Assembly (NCBI RefSeq): GCF_004010195.1
Contig: NC_057711.1
Coordinates: 77,848,560 to 77,912,559 of the forward strand
DNA length: 64,000 nucleotides
Reading direction: 5' to 3'
Source of the DNA: Chiloscyllium plagiosum
Lineage: Eukaryota
Program-made: the position numbers and the translations under genes
Shown here: one piece after another, positions 1 through 11,762 of the stretch
Layout: every line of letters starts with the position of its first letter
Numbering within the stretch: position 1 is the first letter of the stretch
Notes under the pieces: model-generated
The model's database searches: none
What the model was told of the DNA's origin: nothing
What the model saw: only the letters and a program-made list of their open reading frames with translations

Positions 1-526
1 CTCTGTCTCTCTCTGTCTCTCTCTCTCTCTCGCTCAGTGTGTCTCTGTCTCTCTTTGTCTCTGTCTCTCTTTCTGTGTCCCTCTCTCTCTCTTCCCCCTC
101 CCCCAGTCTGTGTGTGTTTGTGTCTCTGTCTCTCTGTCTGTTTCTCTCTCTCTTTCTCAAACTCTGCCTCTCTTTCTCTGTCTCTGTCTGTCTGTCTGTC
201 TCTCTCTCTGTCACAGTCCCTCTGTCTCGGTACCTCTCCCACTCGCTCTTTGTGTCTGTCTGTCTGTCTCTCTCTCTGTCACAGTCCCTCTGTCTCGGTA
301 CCTCTCCCACTCGCTCTTTGTGTCTGTCTGTCTGTCTCTCTCTCTGTCACAGTCCCTCTGTCTCGGTACCTCTCCCACTCGCTCTTTGTGTCTGTCTGTC
401 TGTCTCTCTCTCTGTCACAGTCCCTCTGTCTCGGTACCTCTCCCACTCGCTCTTTGTGTCTGTCTGTCTGTCTCTCTCTCTCCCTCTCTTTCTGTCTGTC
501 TGTCTGTCTCTCTCTGTTTCTGTCTC

Positions 527-560
<34 letters not shown>

Positions 561-686
561 CTTCTCTCTCTTTGTCTCTGATTCTCTGTCTGTCTGTCTC
601 TCTGTCTCTCTCTCTCTGCCTTTCTGCCTCTCTCTCCCTCTCCCCCGTCTTTCAGTGTGCGCGTCTCTCTTTCTCTGTCTTTTCTT
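1..686. repeat. (CT)n/(CTGT)n pyrimidine-rich microsatellite containing four tandem 68-bp units
   Basis: tcacagtccc recurs at 211, 279, 347 and 415 (period 68), and each unit holds a ggtacc. This repeat explains the spurious L/S/C/V-rich ORFs. Confidence 0.95.
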
Positions 687-739
687 TGCAAATTTATATT
701 TAACTGTAATTATACACATTCTTTTAACTCCTTTTTTAG

Positions 740-856
740 CTCCGAGAAGTGGAAGGTTAGAAGATCTGATCAAACTTCATTTGTGTGCAGAACTGGCACT
801 TCTGAAGATTTTCGTCTGTGATCCAACCAGAAGAATTGCCGAAATAAGCATTGTGG
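740..856 (+). CDS. VPS13A: VPS13A coding exon (window exon 1; phase 1/1)
   Basis: ttttttag|CT acceptor and G|gtaagt donor. Encodes PRSGRLEDLIKLHLCAELALLKIFVCDPTRRIAEISIV-G and joins in frame to 11201. Confidence 0.88.
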
Positions 857-1694
857 GTAAGTAGTTGAATCATGTTTCTATTGTCGATGCAGGCATTTTT
901 TTTAGTAACTTGCGAATTAAGGTACACAGAAGACATAAATACATTTGCTTACTTAAAGATTTGCATTTTATAATTTTGCAAATTTTGGATATTAATAACC
1001 AGCAAGCAGTTTTGGCAAAATAAACATTCATTGGGTCACAAATAGGGATTAGAAGAAGGAACGTGCAAAGAATATAATATCAAAATTATTGCAATATTAT
1101 TTGTTTCTAGTAGGAAAATTAGAGTGGTCACGTGTAACGTGGACCCTTTGAAAGCTGAAAGTTAGGATTTATAATTAAAACTAAGGAAATGGGGAGCCTA
1201 TTCAATAGTTGATTTGCATCCTATTTATAATGGTTGAAGAATGCAATCCCAAGAAAAATGCAGCAACTTTGCATAATTATTACAAGAAAAATAATGATGT
1301 TGAAAGAAATGTGTTCAGAATTTCAGAGGGTGGGAACTAGAATTCCACAAGGATCAGTGCTGGGATCACTGGTGTTCATATTTTACATAACTATGACCCT
1401 TAGAATCAAAACTATAATTGATAAATTTATAGATGTTGCCAATTTGAGGGTGATAGCACCCAATAGGTCTGCAATGAATTAGAGATTAATATTAATCAAG
1501 TTTTGGAAAAATGAATAATTGACAAATTAAGATCAACATAGATAAATATGAGGTAATACAATGAAGAACAAAGAGGTCCGTGAGGACTCTTCTGTACAAA
1601 GAACAGTGAGTTTTATTTTGTAAAATCATTCAAAGAATGTGAACATTTGACAGGGCATTTATCACCCTTGAAGATGAGTGTTATTTACCAAAGA

Positions 1695-2275
1695 AAACCA
1701 AAAGAACTGTGTATTCTGGAAATCAGAAACAAAAACAGAACTTTTTGGAAAATCTCAGCAGGTCTGGCAGCATCTCTGGAGAGAAAGCAGAGTGAAAATT
1801 GATGTTTCAGGTCCAGTAATCCTTATTCAAAACTGATGTTTGCATAATTTTTTTTTTCTGAGCTGAAAGTAGTGTGGGAGGTGGGGGTAGCGGGAAGAGT
1901 AAGGAGAAAACAAATGGTGGAGATGGAGCCTAGGGAGAGAAGAATAGTTGAATAGACAAAAGAGTGGATAACAGTCAGCCTAGGAGTATAAATGGCTGCT
2001 AATGGGGCCTATTAGTGCTAATAATGGGTTGTGTGTAATAGCAGACCATGTGATAACATTGTCTGGTGTGTGGGGCTTGGGGTAAGGACATGGGAGAAGG
2101 TGCCTCAAGTCCTAAAATTGCTGAAGTCCATATTGAGTCTAGAAGGCTGTATAGTTTCCAAGTCAAAAATGAGGTGCTGTTATTCAAGCTTATGTTGAGC
2201 TTTGTTGGAGCACTGCAGCAAACCTGAGACGCATGTTGGCCAGGGAACACGTTGATGCACTGAAGTAGCAGGCAG
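1695..2275 (-). mobile_element. Degraded Penelope-like element 3' end (endonuclease C-terminus plus pLTR)
   Basis: Minus strand about 2105-2225 reads LLQCSNKAQHKLE*QHLIF...QPSRLNMDFSNFR, resembling the PLE protein C-terminus. A decayed hammerhead-like motif lies at about 1800-1835. Confidence 0.65.
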
Positions 2276-2897
2276 TTTTACCAACTTGGACTATTTCTAC
2301 CCCTGGGATGTAGTGGTGATATTGGGAAGGGAGTTCTATGTTTATAACCTAGTGACAGTGAAGCAATAGCGATGTAGCTCCAAGGCGGTGATATTCTGTT
2401 CATTTGCTGCTGTGTCCTTCGTGTGGTAGAAGTTGCAAATTTGGAAAATTTGATGACGTCTAGGTGAGATATTGCATTGCTGCCACGTGTATTAATGGTG
2501 CAGAGAATGCAAGTTAACAGGCATGGGGTTGGGGGAGTGGTGTTCCGGTGAAGCGTGCTGCTGTGTTCTGATTTATTTTGAACTTCATCAAGGTTGTTGA
2601 ACCTGCTCATGTTTAGGCGAATGGACAGTATTCTATCATACTCCTGAATTGTGCCTTAATGGTGGTGGGTGTCCTTTGGCGGAGATAGCTGAGTTACACC
2701 CCTCAGAATTTCTATCTTCCAACATGTTCTTACAGCTGCGGTATTTTTCTAATTGTTCCAGTTTTAATTCTGATCAATGGTAGTCCCAGGATATTGACAG
2801 TAGCAGATTCAGGGAGATTTATGCCATTAAATATCAAGGGGAGGTGAGTTTGTTCAGAGCTGAACTGGGTAGGTATTTGACTTCAATAAATCAACTG

Positions 2898-3150
2898 GGA
2901 GAAAGTGAGGACTGCAGATGCAGGAGAGTCAGAGTCGAATAGTGTGGCGCTGGAAAAAAACAGCAGGTCAGGCAGCATCCAAAGAGCAGGAGAGTCCTCA
3001 TTTCGGGCATAAGCCCTTCATCAGGAATGTGGAGGGGAAAGGGAGCTGAGAGATAAATGTGGGGGTGGGCTGGAGGGAAGGTAGCTGGGAAGGCGATAGG
3101 TGGATGCAGATTGAGGGTAATAGTGATAGCTTGTTGGGGAGGGTGGGAAT
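2898..3150 (-). mobile_element. PLE pLTR fragment with mutated hammerhead motif
   Basis: Starts ggagaaagtgaggactgcagatgc, the same terminus as the fold-back inserts. The reverse complement of about 2995-3028 is attcCTGATGAagggcttatgcccGAAAtgagg. Confidence 0.7.
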
Positions 3151-3233
3151 GGAGTATTTATTCCCAATCTTCTTCTACCATAAATTGTAACACCATGGGA
3201 TTCAAGAGCAAAAATAGGCATTGAGCCCATCAA

Positions 3234-3405
3234 TGAGGTAAAAACAATGACTGCAGATGCTGGAAACCAGATTCTGGATTAGTGGTGCTGGAAGAGCACA
3301 GCAGTTCAGGCAGCATCCGAGGACAGATTTTGCCTGTCCTTGGATTTTGCCTGTCCTCGGATGCTGCCTGAACTGCTGTGCTCTTCCAGCACCACTAATC
3401 CAGAA
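3234..3405. mobile_element. PLE-derived fold-back mini-element
   Basis: Perfect 55-bp inverted arms at 3272-3326 and 3351-3405. Flanked by the 14-bp direct repeat attgagcccatcaa (3220-3233, 3406-3419). Confidence 0.9.
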
Positions 3406-3420
3406 ATTGAGCCCATCAAG

Positions 3421-3456
3421 ACTCCTGAAGAAGGGCTTATGCCCGAAACGTCGATT
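3421..3456 (+). ncRNA. Minimal hammerhead ribozyme motif within a short PLE pLTR insert (about 3421-3508)
   Basis: actc-CTGAAGA-a-GGGC-ttat-GCCC-GAA-ACGT-C-gatt. Core and stem II are intact, stem III is the palindrome ACGT, the cleavage triplet is GUC, and stem I has 3 of 4 pairs. Confidence 0.75.
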
Positions 3457-4324
3457 CTCCTGTTCCTTGGATGCTGCCTGACCTGCTGCGCTTTTCCAGC
3501 AACACATTTTCAGCCCATCAAGTCATTGCAAATATTGCTGATCTGATGATCCTCAACACTTTCCTATGTTTGTGATTCCCTCAGTGATTAGAAAGTGGTC
3601 TGTCTGTCTCAACCTTGACTGTTCTTTAATGAGTTTGATTCAAAAATCCTCTGCTGGTAAAGAATTCCACAGATTCACCAGTTTGAGAGAAAAAGTCCTC
3701 CTTGTCTCAGTCTTAGATGGGGAACCCCCACTTGTGTGCAAACATTGAGGATCAGAGGACACAATCAGAAAGTATAACACTGCATTTACCCTATCAAGTC
3801 TCTTTAAGAATTATTTATGTTTCAATAAGATCTCCTCTCATTCTCATTCATGTAAACTCCCAATGAGTACATGCTGAATACCTCTATGCCTAGTATCAAC
3901 CCAGAGACAGTGAACTTTTCTTTTTTTTTAATATTCCTGCCTTTCTGAATAAGAGGTTACACTGGTCGTTTTCCAATTGTTTTCGACATTTCGATAATGC
4001 TTAAAATTTGGGAAGATCACTACCTGCGCATTTGCTGTCTTTGCAGCTACTTCTTTTAATATCCTAGAATGTATTCCATCAGGTCCAGAGAACTTCCTGG
4101 TCTCTAGCCCCATTTGTTTCCCAAGTAATTTTCCTCTAGTGATATTTATTGTATTTAGACCATAAGATGTAAGAGTAGAATTAGACTATTCAGCCCTTCG
4201 AGTCTGCTATGCCATTCGATCATGGCTAACATGGTTTCTCAACACTGTTTCCTCCCTTCTCCCCTTCATCTTTCATCCCCAGACTAATCAAGAACTTATC
4301 TATCTCTGTCCTAATTACACAATG

Positions 4325-4544
4325 TTGAAACTTTATTGCTGGAACAGCACAGCAGGTCAGGCAGCATCCAGGGAACAGGAGATTCGACGTTTCGGGCACA
4401 GGCCCTTCTTCAGGAATGAGCAGAGAGTGGCCTGTGCCCGAAACGTCGAATCTCCTGTTCCCTGGATGCTGCCTGACCTGCTGTGCTGTTCCAGCAATAA
4501 AGTTTCAACTTTGATCTCCAGCATCTGCAGACCTCACTTTCTCC
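4325..4544. mobile_element. PLE-derived fold-back mini-element carrying a hammerhead motif
   Basis: Perfect 81-bp inverted arms at 4324-4404 and 4429-4509. TSD ctaattacacaatg / ctaaatacacaatg (4311-4324, 4545-4558). Inserted in a CR1 3' end. Confidence 0.92.
4382..4417 (-). ncRNA. Minimal hammerhead ribozyme motif (best preserved copy)
   Basis: Reverse complement is ATTC-CTGAAGA-a-GGGC-ctgt-GCCC-GAA-ACGT-C-GAAT. Perfect 4-bp stem I, 4-bp stem II, palindromic stem III and a GUC site. Confidence 0.82.
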
Positions 4545-4893
4545 CTAAATACACAATGACTTGGCCTCCACAGCTTTCTGCGACAATGAGTTCCACAAAT
4601 CCACCATCCTCTGACTGAAGAAATTCCTCCTTTTCTCAGTTTTAAGGATCATCGCCTCACTCTGAAACTGTGTGCTTGGGTCCAAGTCTCTTTCACTATT
4701 GGAAACATCTTCACCATGTCTACTCTATCCAGGCCTTTCAGTATTCTATAAGTTTCAGTGAGATCCCACTCATCCCAACAAGTATGGACGCAGAGTATTC
4801 AACAACTCATCATGTGATCCTTCATCTCTAGGATCATTCTTGTAAACCTCCTCTGGACCACCTGTATGTCCTCCTTTAGATACAGGAACCAGA

Positions 4894-5317
4894 ACAGCAG
4901 CTAATGAATTTGAAAGACCCTGTACAGACAACAAGCAAAACTAATGTCATTTACAAAATACAGTGCGAGGATCGCAACAAACACTACATTGGACAAACAA
5001 GCAAAAAACTGGCCACCAGGATTCATGAACATCAACAAGCCACAAAACGACATGACCCTCTCTCACTAGTATCCTTCCATACAGATTAAGAAGGACACCA
5101 CTTTGACTCGGATAACACATCCATCCTAGAGCAAGACAAACAGAGAGACACATGAGAATTCCTCGAAGCATGGCATTCCAACAGGAACTCTATCAACAAA
5201 CACATCGAGTTAGACCCCATCTACCACCCCTGAGAAAAATAACAGGAAATGACATCACCACAGGAAATGGCATCACCAACCCAAAGAAACCCAAACATAT
5301 AAATAGAAAGCAGGAAT
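4894..5317 (+). mobile_element. Penelope-like element fragment (GIY-YIG endonuclease)
   Basis: Reads NVIYKIQCEDRNKHYIGQTSKKLATRIHEH (GIY-YIG signature) with a stop and frameshift. Same family as 57012-57389. Confidence 0.88.
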
Positions 5318-5390
5318 CAACATTCCTGCCATTTTTCTGACTTTAAATTATTATTTCCCAGCCTAAATCTCTAAAAGACCTGTTCACTGG

Positions 5391-5740
5391 TGGGCGGCAC
5401 GGTGGTACAGTGGTTAGCACTGCTGCATCACAGCGCCAGAGACCCGGGTTCAATTCCTGCCTCAGGCGACTGACTATGTGGAGTTTGCACGTTCTCCCCG
5501 TGTCTGCGTGGGTTTCCTCCGGGTGCTCCGGTTTCCTCCCACAGTCCAAAGATGTGCAGGTCAGGTGAATTGGCCATGCTAAATTGCCCGTAGTGTTAGG
5601 TAAGGGGTAAATGTAGGGGTATGGGTGGGTTACGCTTCGGCGGGTCGGTGTAGACTTGTTGGGCCGAAGGGCCTGTTTCCACACTGTAAGTAATCTAATC
5701 TAATCTAAAGTAATCTAATCTAAAGTAATCTAATCTAATC
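5391..5740 (+). mobile_element. tRNA-derived SINE (shark HE1-like) with (TAATC)n tail
   Basis: A box tggtacagtgg 5403-5413, B box ggttcaattcc 5447-5457, a CR1-like 3' end (ggccgaagggcctgtttcc) and a taatctaatc tail. Confidence 0.88.
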
Positions 5741-7304
5741 ACTGTTGTTCTTCTCTTCCATTTTATATATTTAAAAAAGTTATTGTGCTTTGTTATATAC
5801 AATTTTTCCCTCAGTTTATTTTCTCCCTCTTTAGTAAATTTTAACCATCTTTTGGTTGACTCTTAAAACTTGCCCAATTCTCAGATTTGCCACTAATCTT
5901 CAGCACATTCCATGATTTCTTTTTCAATTTGATACTATTCTTAACTGGTTAACGATGGTTGGTTTATCCCCCTCATGGAATCTTTTGTTCTCATTAGGAC
6001 ATACTGTTGCTTTGTGTCTTTTTTTTAATAGAAGTCTGCCACTATTCCTTAACCATTTTTACTGCTAAACTCTTTTTCCAGTTGGTTCCAGCTAATTCTA
6101 TCTTCATTTCCATGTATTTATCCTTATTTAAGTTAAGTACACTTGTGTCCTACCTACATTATGCACCCTCAAACAGATGCTAAATTCTACCATGGTATAG
6201 CTGCTGTTCCTTCAGGAATCTTTCATTCTGACAAAATTTATTAAACCAGTTTCTTTGTACATTATCAGATGCAAAATAACCTGATTCCTACGTGGATCGA
6301 CAACACATTGTTCTAGGAAGCTATTCTGAATGCTCTTTGATTACTGCATTGTGCCTACCTCTGCCAATTTGATTTTCCCAATATATATGAAGATTAAAGC
6401 CATCAAAGATTAATGTGCTGCCTTTTATTTACATAGCCTTGTTATCTTCTGGATTTTTGTCCTCTCTGTGTCCTATAGAACAGCTACTGTTATTTGGGGG
6501 CGGCTTTACAAGTGTTGTCTTTCCCTTGATTCTACATCCAAGATAATTTCTTACTAATGTACTAATTCCATCTCATATTTTAAAAAAAGGTCACGCTTCT
6601 AGCCTTTCCTTACTACTTGTGCTTTTGGAAGGTCACATACCCCAACTTTGATCTTTTTATAACCATTTTTCGTAATGGCTCTAAGATCATTACTGTTAAC
6701 TTATATTTGTGTCACTAATTAATCTATGTTTTTACAAATACTCTGCGCATTGTAATCAAAATCCCATTAATTTTGCCTTATTACATTGTTCCCCCTTTGT
6801 CCCTATGTTACTTTTTTTTAATGCTCATAAACTCTGCTCCTTCTGTTCCATTTTGGGTATGATTGTCAAAATAGTTGCCCTGCAATGGTGCCAAATTCTT
6901 TTGATTTGCAAGTCTAAAGTTTCTGCCAAACCTCTTATGTCCCAGCCCCAGTTAGATTAAAGCCCTGACAATAGTCCTAGCTATTCAATTTGCCAGTTCA
7001 TTGGTCCCAGTACAGTTAAAGTGAAGGCTGTCCAAATGGAATAGCTAACTCCTAACTTAGTACTGATGGAAGTGCCCCATGAACCGAAACCCATTCCTTC
7101 TGCTCCAATCTTTCAGCCACATATTTAATTCCTTTATATGCATAATGCCCATTCAGCCATGGTTCAGGTAGTAATCCTGTAAGTATTACCTTGGAGGTTC
7201 TGCATTTTAGTTTAGTTCCTAACTGTTCAGAATCTTTCAGCAGACCCTTGTCATTAATATCAAAATGAATGACAACAACCTAAAGTCTACCTTTCCACTC
7301 CAAG

Positions 7305-8991
7305 ATGTTGAGGAGCCAGTGTTGGACTGGGGTGGACAAAGTTGAAATCACACAACACCAAGTTATAGTCCAACAAGTTTATTGATTCAATCTTGAATTA
7401 GACAGGTTCTATTTCCAAAGTGGAATTTACAAAATATTACATGTATTGACTGCCTGAAGATTGTGCATTTTTTGAGCGAAATGGAATGTATCTACAAATA
7501 TAATTCTGCAAATATAAATTCACACCATAGACATATATTTCAACCCACCATCAGACTAATCGTGGACTACTCTTGAGCATCTGTCTCATTCTTGGACACA
7601 TGCATCTCCTCAGTACCTCACTCTACCGCAAATCCACAGATAAGCTCATAATGCTACACTTCCCTAGTTTGCACCTAAACGTATTAAAACAGCCATCCCC
7701 TACAGACAAGCCCAATGCATACACAGGACCTTTTTAGATGAGGAGGAACATGACAGACACCTGAAGGTGCTCAAAGATGCCCTCATAAGAACAGGGTACA
7801 ATGCTCAACTCATCGATTGCCGGGTCCAAAGTCCCACAGTGAGAAACCATAATGACCTCCTCAGGACACTGACACTGGTTATAAGTGATAGTGTTGTCCA
7901 GTACTTCCCAGACACCAAAAAACTACACCATGTTCTGTGCAGCCCGCAACACATCAATGAGGATGAGCATCTCACCAAGATCTTTCTTGCGACTCCACTT
8001 CTCGCCTTTAAACAACGGCCAAATCTTAAACAGACGATTGTTCGCAGCAAACCGCCCAGCCTTCAGGACACCATCGACCACAACACCGTACAACCCTGTC
8101 ATGTCAACCACTGCAAGACATGTCAGAGTGGCGACATGGATACCACCATTATCTGTGGGGACACCACCCACCGTGTACTCAGCAGGTACTCATATGACTC
8201 GGCCAACATTCTCTATCTCATACGCTGCAGGTAAGGATGCCACGAGGCATGGTACATTGGCGAGACCAAGCAGATACTACGACAACAGATGAATGGTCAC
8301 TGCTCAACAATCGCCAAGCAGGAATGTTCTCTTCAGATCGGGGAACACTTCAGCGGTCAGGGACGTTCGGCCGTGGATCTTCAGGTGATCATCCTCCAAG
8401 GAAGACTTGGGGATAGGCAACAACGCCGAGTGGCTGAGCAGAGGCTGATAGCCAAGTTTGGTACCCGTGAGAATGGCCTCAACTGGGTTCCTGTGACACT
8501 ACAGGTGACCCCACTATACTATACACTCGCTCAATCTCACACACATATATACTTTCACACTCGCACAGACCCTCTCTCTCATGCATGCACACACCCTCTC
8601 AAGGCTTATGCTCTGTCACACTTGCGCCCGCAATGTACCAAGCATGCAACGCTCTCTTATGGACGCACTCACATGGACACACATGTAAGTCTATGGGGTG
8701 AATTTGCATTTGCAGATATATTCTATTTTGTTCAAAAGGCACAAAATCAGCAGGCAGTCAATCCATATCAACGTTTTATAAATCCTACTTTGGAAATAGA
8801 ACCACTTTGACTAAAGATTGGGATACAGACAGGCTCTAACCTCTCACGTTTTGTTATAAAACCTTGGGTTATTTCGAGAAGGTGACTGTTAAGCTTCACA
8901 ATCACCTGATGAAGGAGCAGTGCTCTGAAAGTTTGTGTTTCCAAATAAACCCTTTGGACTATAACCTGGTGTTGTGTGATTTTCAACTGAA
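7305..8991 (+). mobile_element. 5'-truncated Penelope-like element with inverted 5' pLTR copy
   Basis: RT thumb remnant, PCHVNHCKTC zinc knuckle, ILYLIRCR...WYIGETKQ GIY-YIG. 7340-7383 and about 7387-7535 are inverted copies of the 3' region. TSD tccactccaag (7294-7304, 8992-9002). Confidence 0.9.
8903..8937 (+). ncRNA. Degenerate hammerhead motif in PLE pLTR
   Basis: cac-CTGATGA-a-GGAGC-agt-GCTCT-GAA-AGTT-T-gtg. Stem I is cac/gtg; stem III is probably decayed from the palindrome AGCT. Confidence 0.6.
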
Positions 8992-11200
8992 TCCACTCCA
9001 AGTTCTTCATAAGCCTCAACGAGATATCTTTAACTTTGGGACCAAGCAGGAAACATAGCCTTCCAACTCAAGCTTATAGAGGCACTTATGGCTATATCCT
9101 TCAAAAGTTCCTGCCACTACCCTATCTCTGTTAATACTTCTTTGTTTTCCATGAATGGTTCCCTGTTATGTGGTGTTGTGATCAGTTTGTCTCACTGCTA
9201 TTTTTACTACTGTATGGATTGACGCTCCACAGAGCTGTCCCTCGAGTTCCTATGCTCACCCCACCTACAGTCACATTCTCCTGTCCTTCATCACAGACTA
9301 AGTTTGAACTCTCTAATTTAAGGGGTGTAACTGCGTCCTGGAACAAAGTGTCTAGATAACCTTCTCTCTCCCTGATGATGTACAATGTCTGTGGCTCAGA
9401 CTCCAGCGCCTCAATGCGGATCCTTAGTTGTTCATGCTGCAAACGTTTGCTACACTTGGATCACCTTGGTGTTCAGCAGTTCCCACATGTTACAGCTGCA
9501 ACATGCCATCTGATCTACTTTCTCCCTCATTTTTAATTAACTTATTAATTAAACTTGCTCTAATATCTCTGCTGTTTTTACACTTTATTATTTCCCATTT
9601 TTAATGCACTAATATCAATCTTGTACCTAATTAGATATTTTTAAAAAAGACAAAAACAAAATACTGGAGACCTGGAGAACGTACTTTCACTTTAAAGTCT
9701 ATAAATGCTTTTTCCTCCAGTTATCTCCTCAATTTTATTGAAAGTCTATGCTGGGTTGGATTAATTTACTCTATAAATGAGGTTCCAGTTTCAGCCGGTT
9801 CTTAATGAGGCTTAAGGCACCCTTTGAAAATAGGCCTGCTCAAAACTTGAAGCTACAAAATTTTTTAAACTTTTGAATTTTGTTGGAACAAATCTCAAAT
9901 TACAGTCCAATTTAAAATTGCACAAATTGAAGATTTAACCATTTCCTTATTCAGCAAAGGCATACACTTTCTCCAAGGATGATCTGGATTTACTTTAATG
10001 TTATAATTTAATTTGTAATCTAAGATATTTTTCTTCCCTTTTCCATTCCATTTTACTCTCAATAAATCGTTCTTTCCGTCTCTTTACTTTTTTCCTTTAT
10101 TTATCTCCATCTTATTTACCTGTGCTGATTCAACAATCTTTTCAGATAGTTTCTGCTGTTCCCTAAACCTAATTGGTTGTGAAGTAACCTTGATCTCCAT
10201 CTTTATAGAAGTCTTGAATGCCATTATTCTCTTGTTGTCAGCTGCATTCAAACTTCAGCAAATTAGAATGCAAAAGATTTGCATACTGAATCATGCATCA
10301 TAACGGCTAACAAATTACACATGCCATGTTTGAACAGTGACTTTCTCAATCCTGTGCGCAGGTGTTGGCTGAGATTTGTGCGCTAAAGCTTTACTTACAC
10401 TTGAACTCAATCTTGTGTCTCGAGCTGCTACCATTGAATAAATATGAATATCAATTGAATTATGGATTAAGATCAACTCGGTCAATTTTGGGAAGAGATT
10501 TATAATTTGTATGAAGTGTTAAACTGTGTGATCATTGGTCTGGAAAGTGATTCTGTATAAATTGAAGATTGCTCAGTAGAGCTTTGAAAAGAAATATATT
10601 TCCCAGTATTCTGGTCAACTGCTTTTTGCAGTCAGCTTTACCAAATACAGATAACTCTACAGTTGTTTCTTAGCAAGTGAACATGGTAACAACTGTTAGC
10701 TAACATCTTCTCACCCCCTCTTGTTGCACTTCAAAATTTTTATTATATGGGGAAATGTGGTAAGACCATTCAGTTTGTCTGTGAATTATTTTTTAATTAT
10801 TAAAGATAGCCTTTTTCCAGAGTTTGTAACAAAACATTCGAAACAGAACATTTCTGAGTGAGATTTTGTTATAGGAAGATGAAAACAAATTGATCCCACA
10901 AAACTAGGGTGATTAGATGGTGCATCAGATTGCAAAGATGCACATATAATTCATTTTATTCGTTCTTTTGAAGGGACAACTGTAATGGGAATTTGGAAGA
11001 TGAAGCATTTGAAATGAAATTTGGTATTTTTTGATTTAAAATGGCAATGGATAGAATTTAAATTTAAGCCCAGACAGAATAAAACAAATGGAGGACATAG
11101 CTGGTGTGTAGGATTGGTTTCTGGATGACTTGCAAATTTGTACCAATGCTTTTTGTGATTATTCTGTGTGTGTGAAATATCATCATTTATATTCGGATAG

Positions 11201-11304
11201 GTCTTGATGCTGAGGTGGCTTTGAGGAAGAATTTATCAGAAGTTACAGCAAAGCTGAAGAATATTGTAGTTTTGGATTCCAGTGAAGATGCAATATACAA
11301 AAAG
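11201..11304 (+). CDS. VPS13A: VPS13A coding exon 2 (phase 1/0)
   Basis: atag|GT...AAG|gtattt. Encodes GLDAEVALRKNLSEVTAKLKNIVVLDSSEDAIYKK, similar to human VPS13A as recalled (AKLRNIIVLDS...AIYKK). Confidence 0.93.
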
Positions 11305-11594
11305 GTATTTTTGATGAATCAGTATTAAAACACAGTATCTTTCTATTCATCCTCTGTATTATTGGGGATAACTGGAAGCTAGGTTACTATAGCTTCAGTC
11401 CGTCATTAATCATTGATTCTCATCTATATCATAAAATGGTATGAGAAAACTGTACCTGTGTACACATTGGCTATGTACAAGTATAGCAGTAATATCTTCC
11501 TTAATTGACATAACATTTAACAGGTTTATTTGCTTGTTTTTGCAATTTTTAAAAGTAACCTGGTGTTTCATTAAGATTTCTTTTTATTTCAAAG

Positions 11595-11762
11595 GCTGTT
11601 TCCATTGCTGGAAAAGAGGTCTTCAACTTCAAAATAATCTCTCATGTAGATGCGACAGAAGGTTTAGCCTATTCTAATATGGATGTAGTTGATAGTTGTG
11701 TTCAATTGACAGTTGGCTGTATCCAAGTCATCTTTGTAAAGAAGTTTGTGTCATCAGTATTG
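11595..11762 (+). CDS. VPS13A: VPS13A coding exon 3 (phase 0/0)
   Basis: aaag|GCT...TTG|gtgagg. Encodes AVSIAGKEVFNFKIISHVDATEGLAYSNMDVVDSCVQLTVGCIQVIFVKKFVSSVL. Confidence 0.95.

Larger units (their letters stand above)
3190..9520 (-). mobile_element. Fragmented old CR1-type LINE (3' tail to ORF1) interrupted by many nested insertions
   Basis: Minus-strand KFSGPDGIHSRILKEVA (3928-4113) is CR1 ORF2-like. QLRIRIEALESEPQTLYIIREREGYLDTLFQDAVTP (9182-9442) is CR1 ORF1-like. Continuity of all pieces into one element is inferred. Confidence 0.6.

Noticed and set aside
193..482. Regularly spaced repeats resembling a CRISPR array
   Set aside because: The units are head-to-tail identical with no unique spacers, in a eukaryotic intron.
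37..864. Long ORFs (275, 180, 197, 164 aa) at the window start
   Set aside because: These are translations of the CT/CTGT microsatellite. Only 740-856 is a real exon.
3202..3546. Overlapping ORFs with the same peptide (FWISGAGRAQQFRQHPRT) on both strands
   Set aside because: A direct consequence of the DNA palindrome, with no evidence of protein coding.
5391..5465. tRNA gene-like A/B boxes
   Set aside because: They are the head of a SINE that continues into body and tail, with another copy of the body at 29190-29440; not a tRNA gene.
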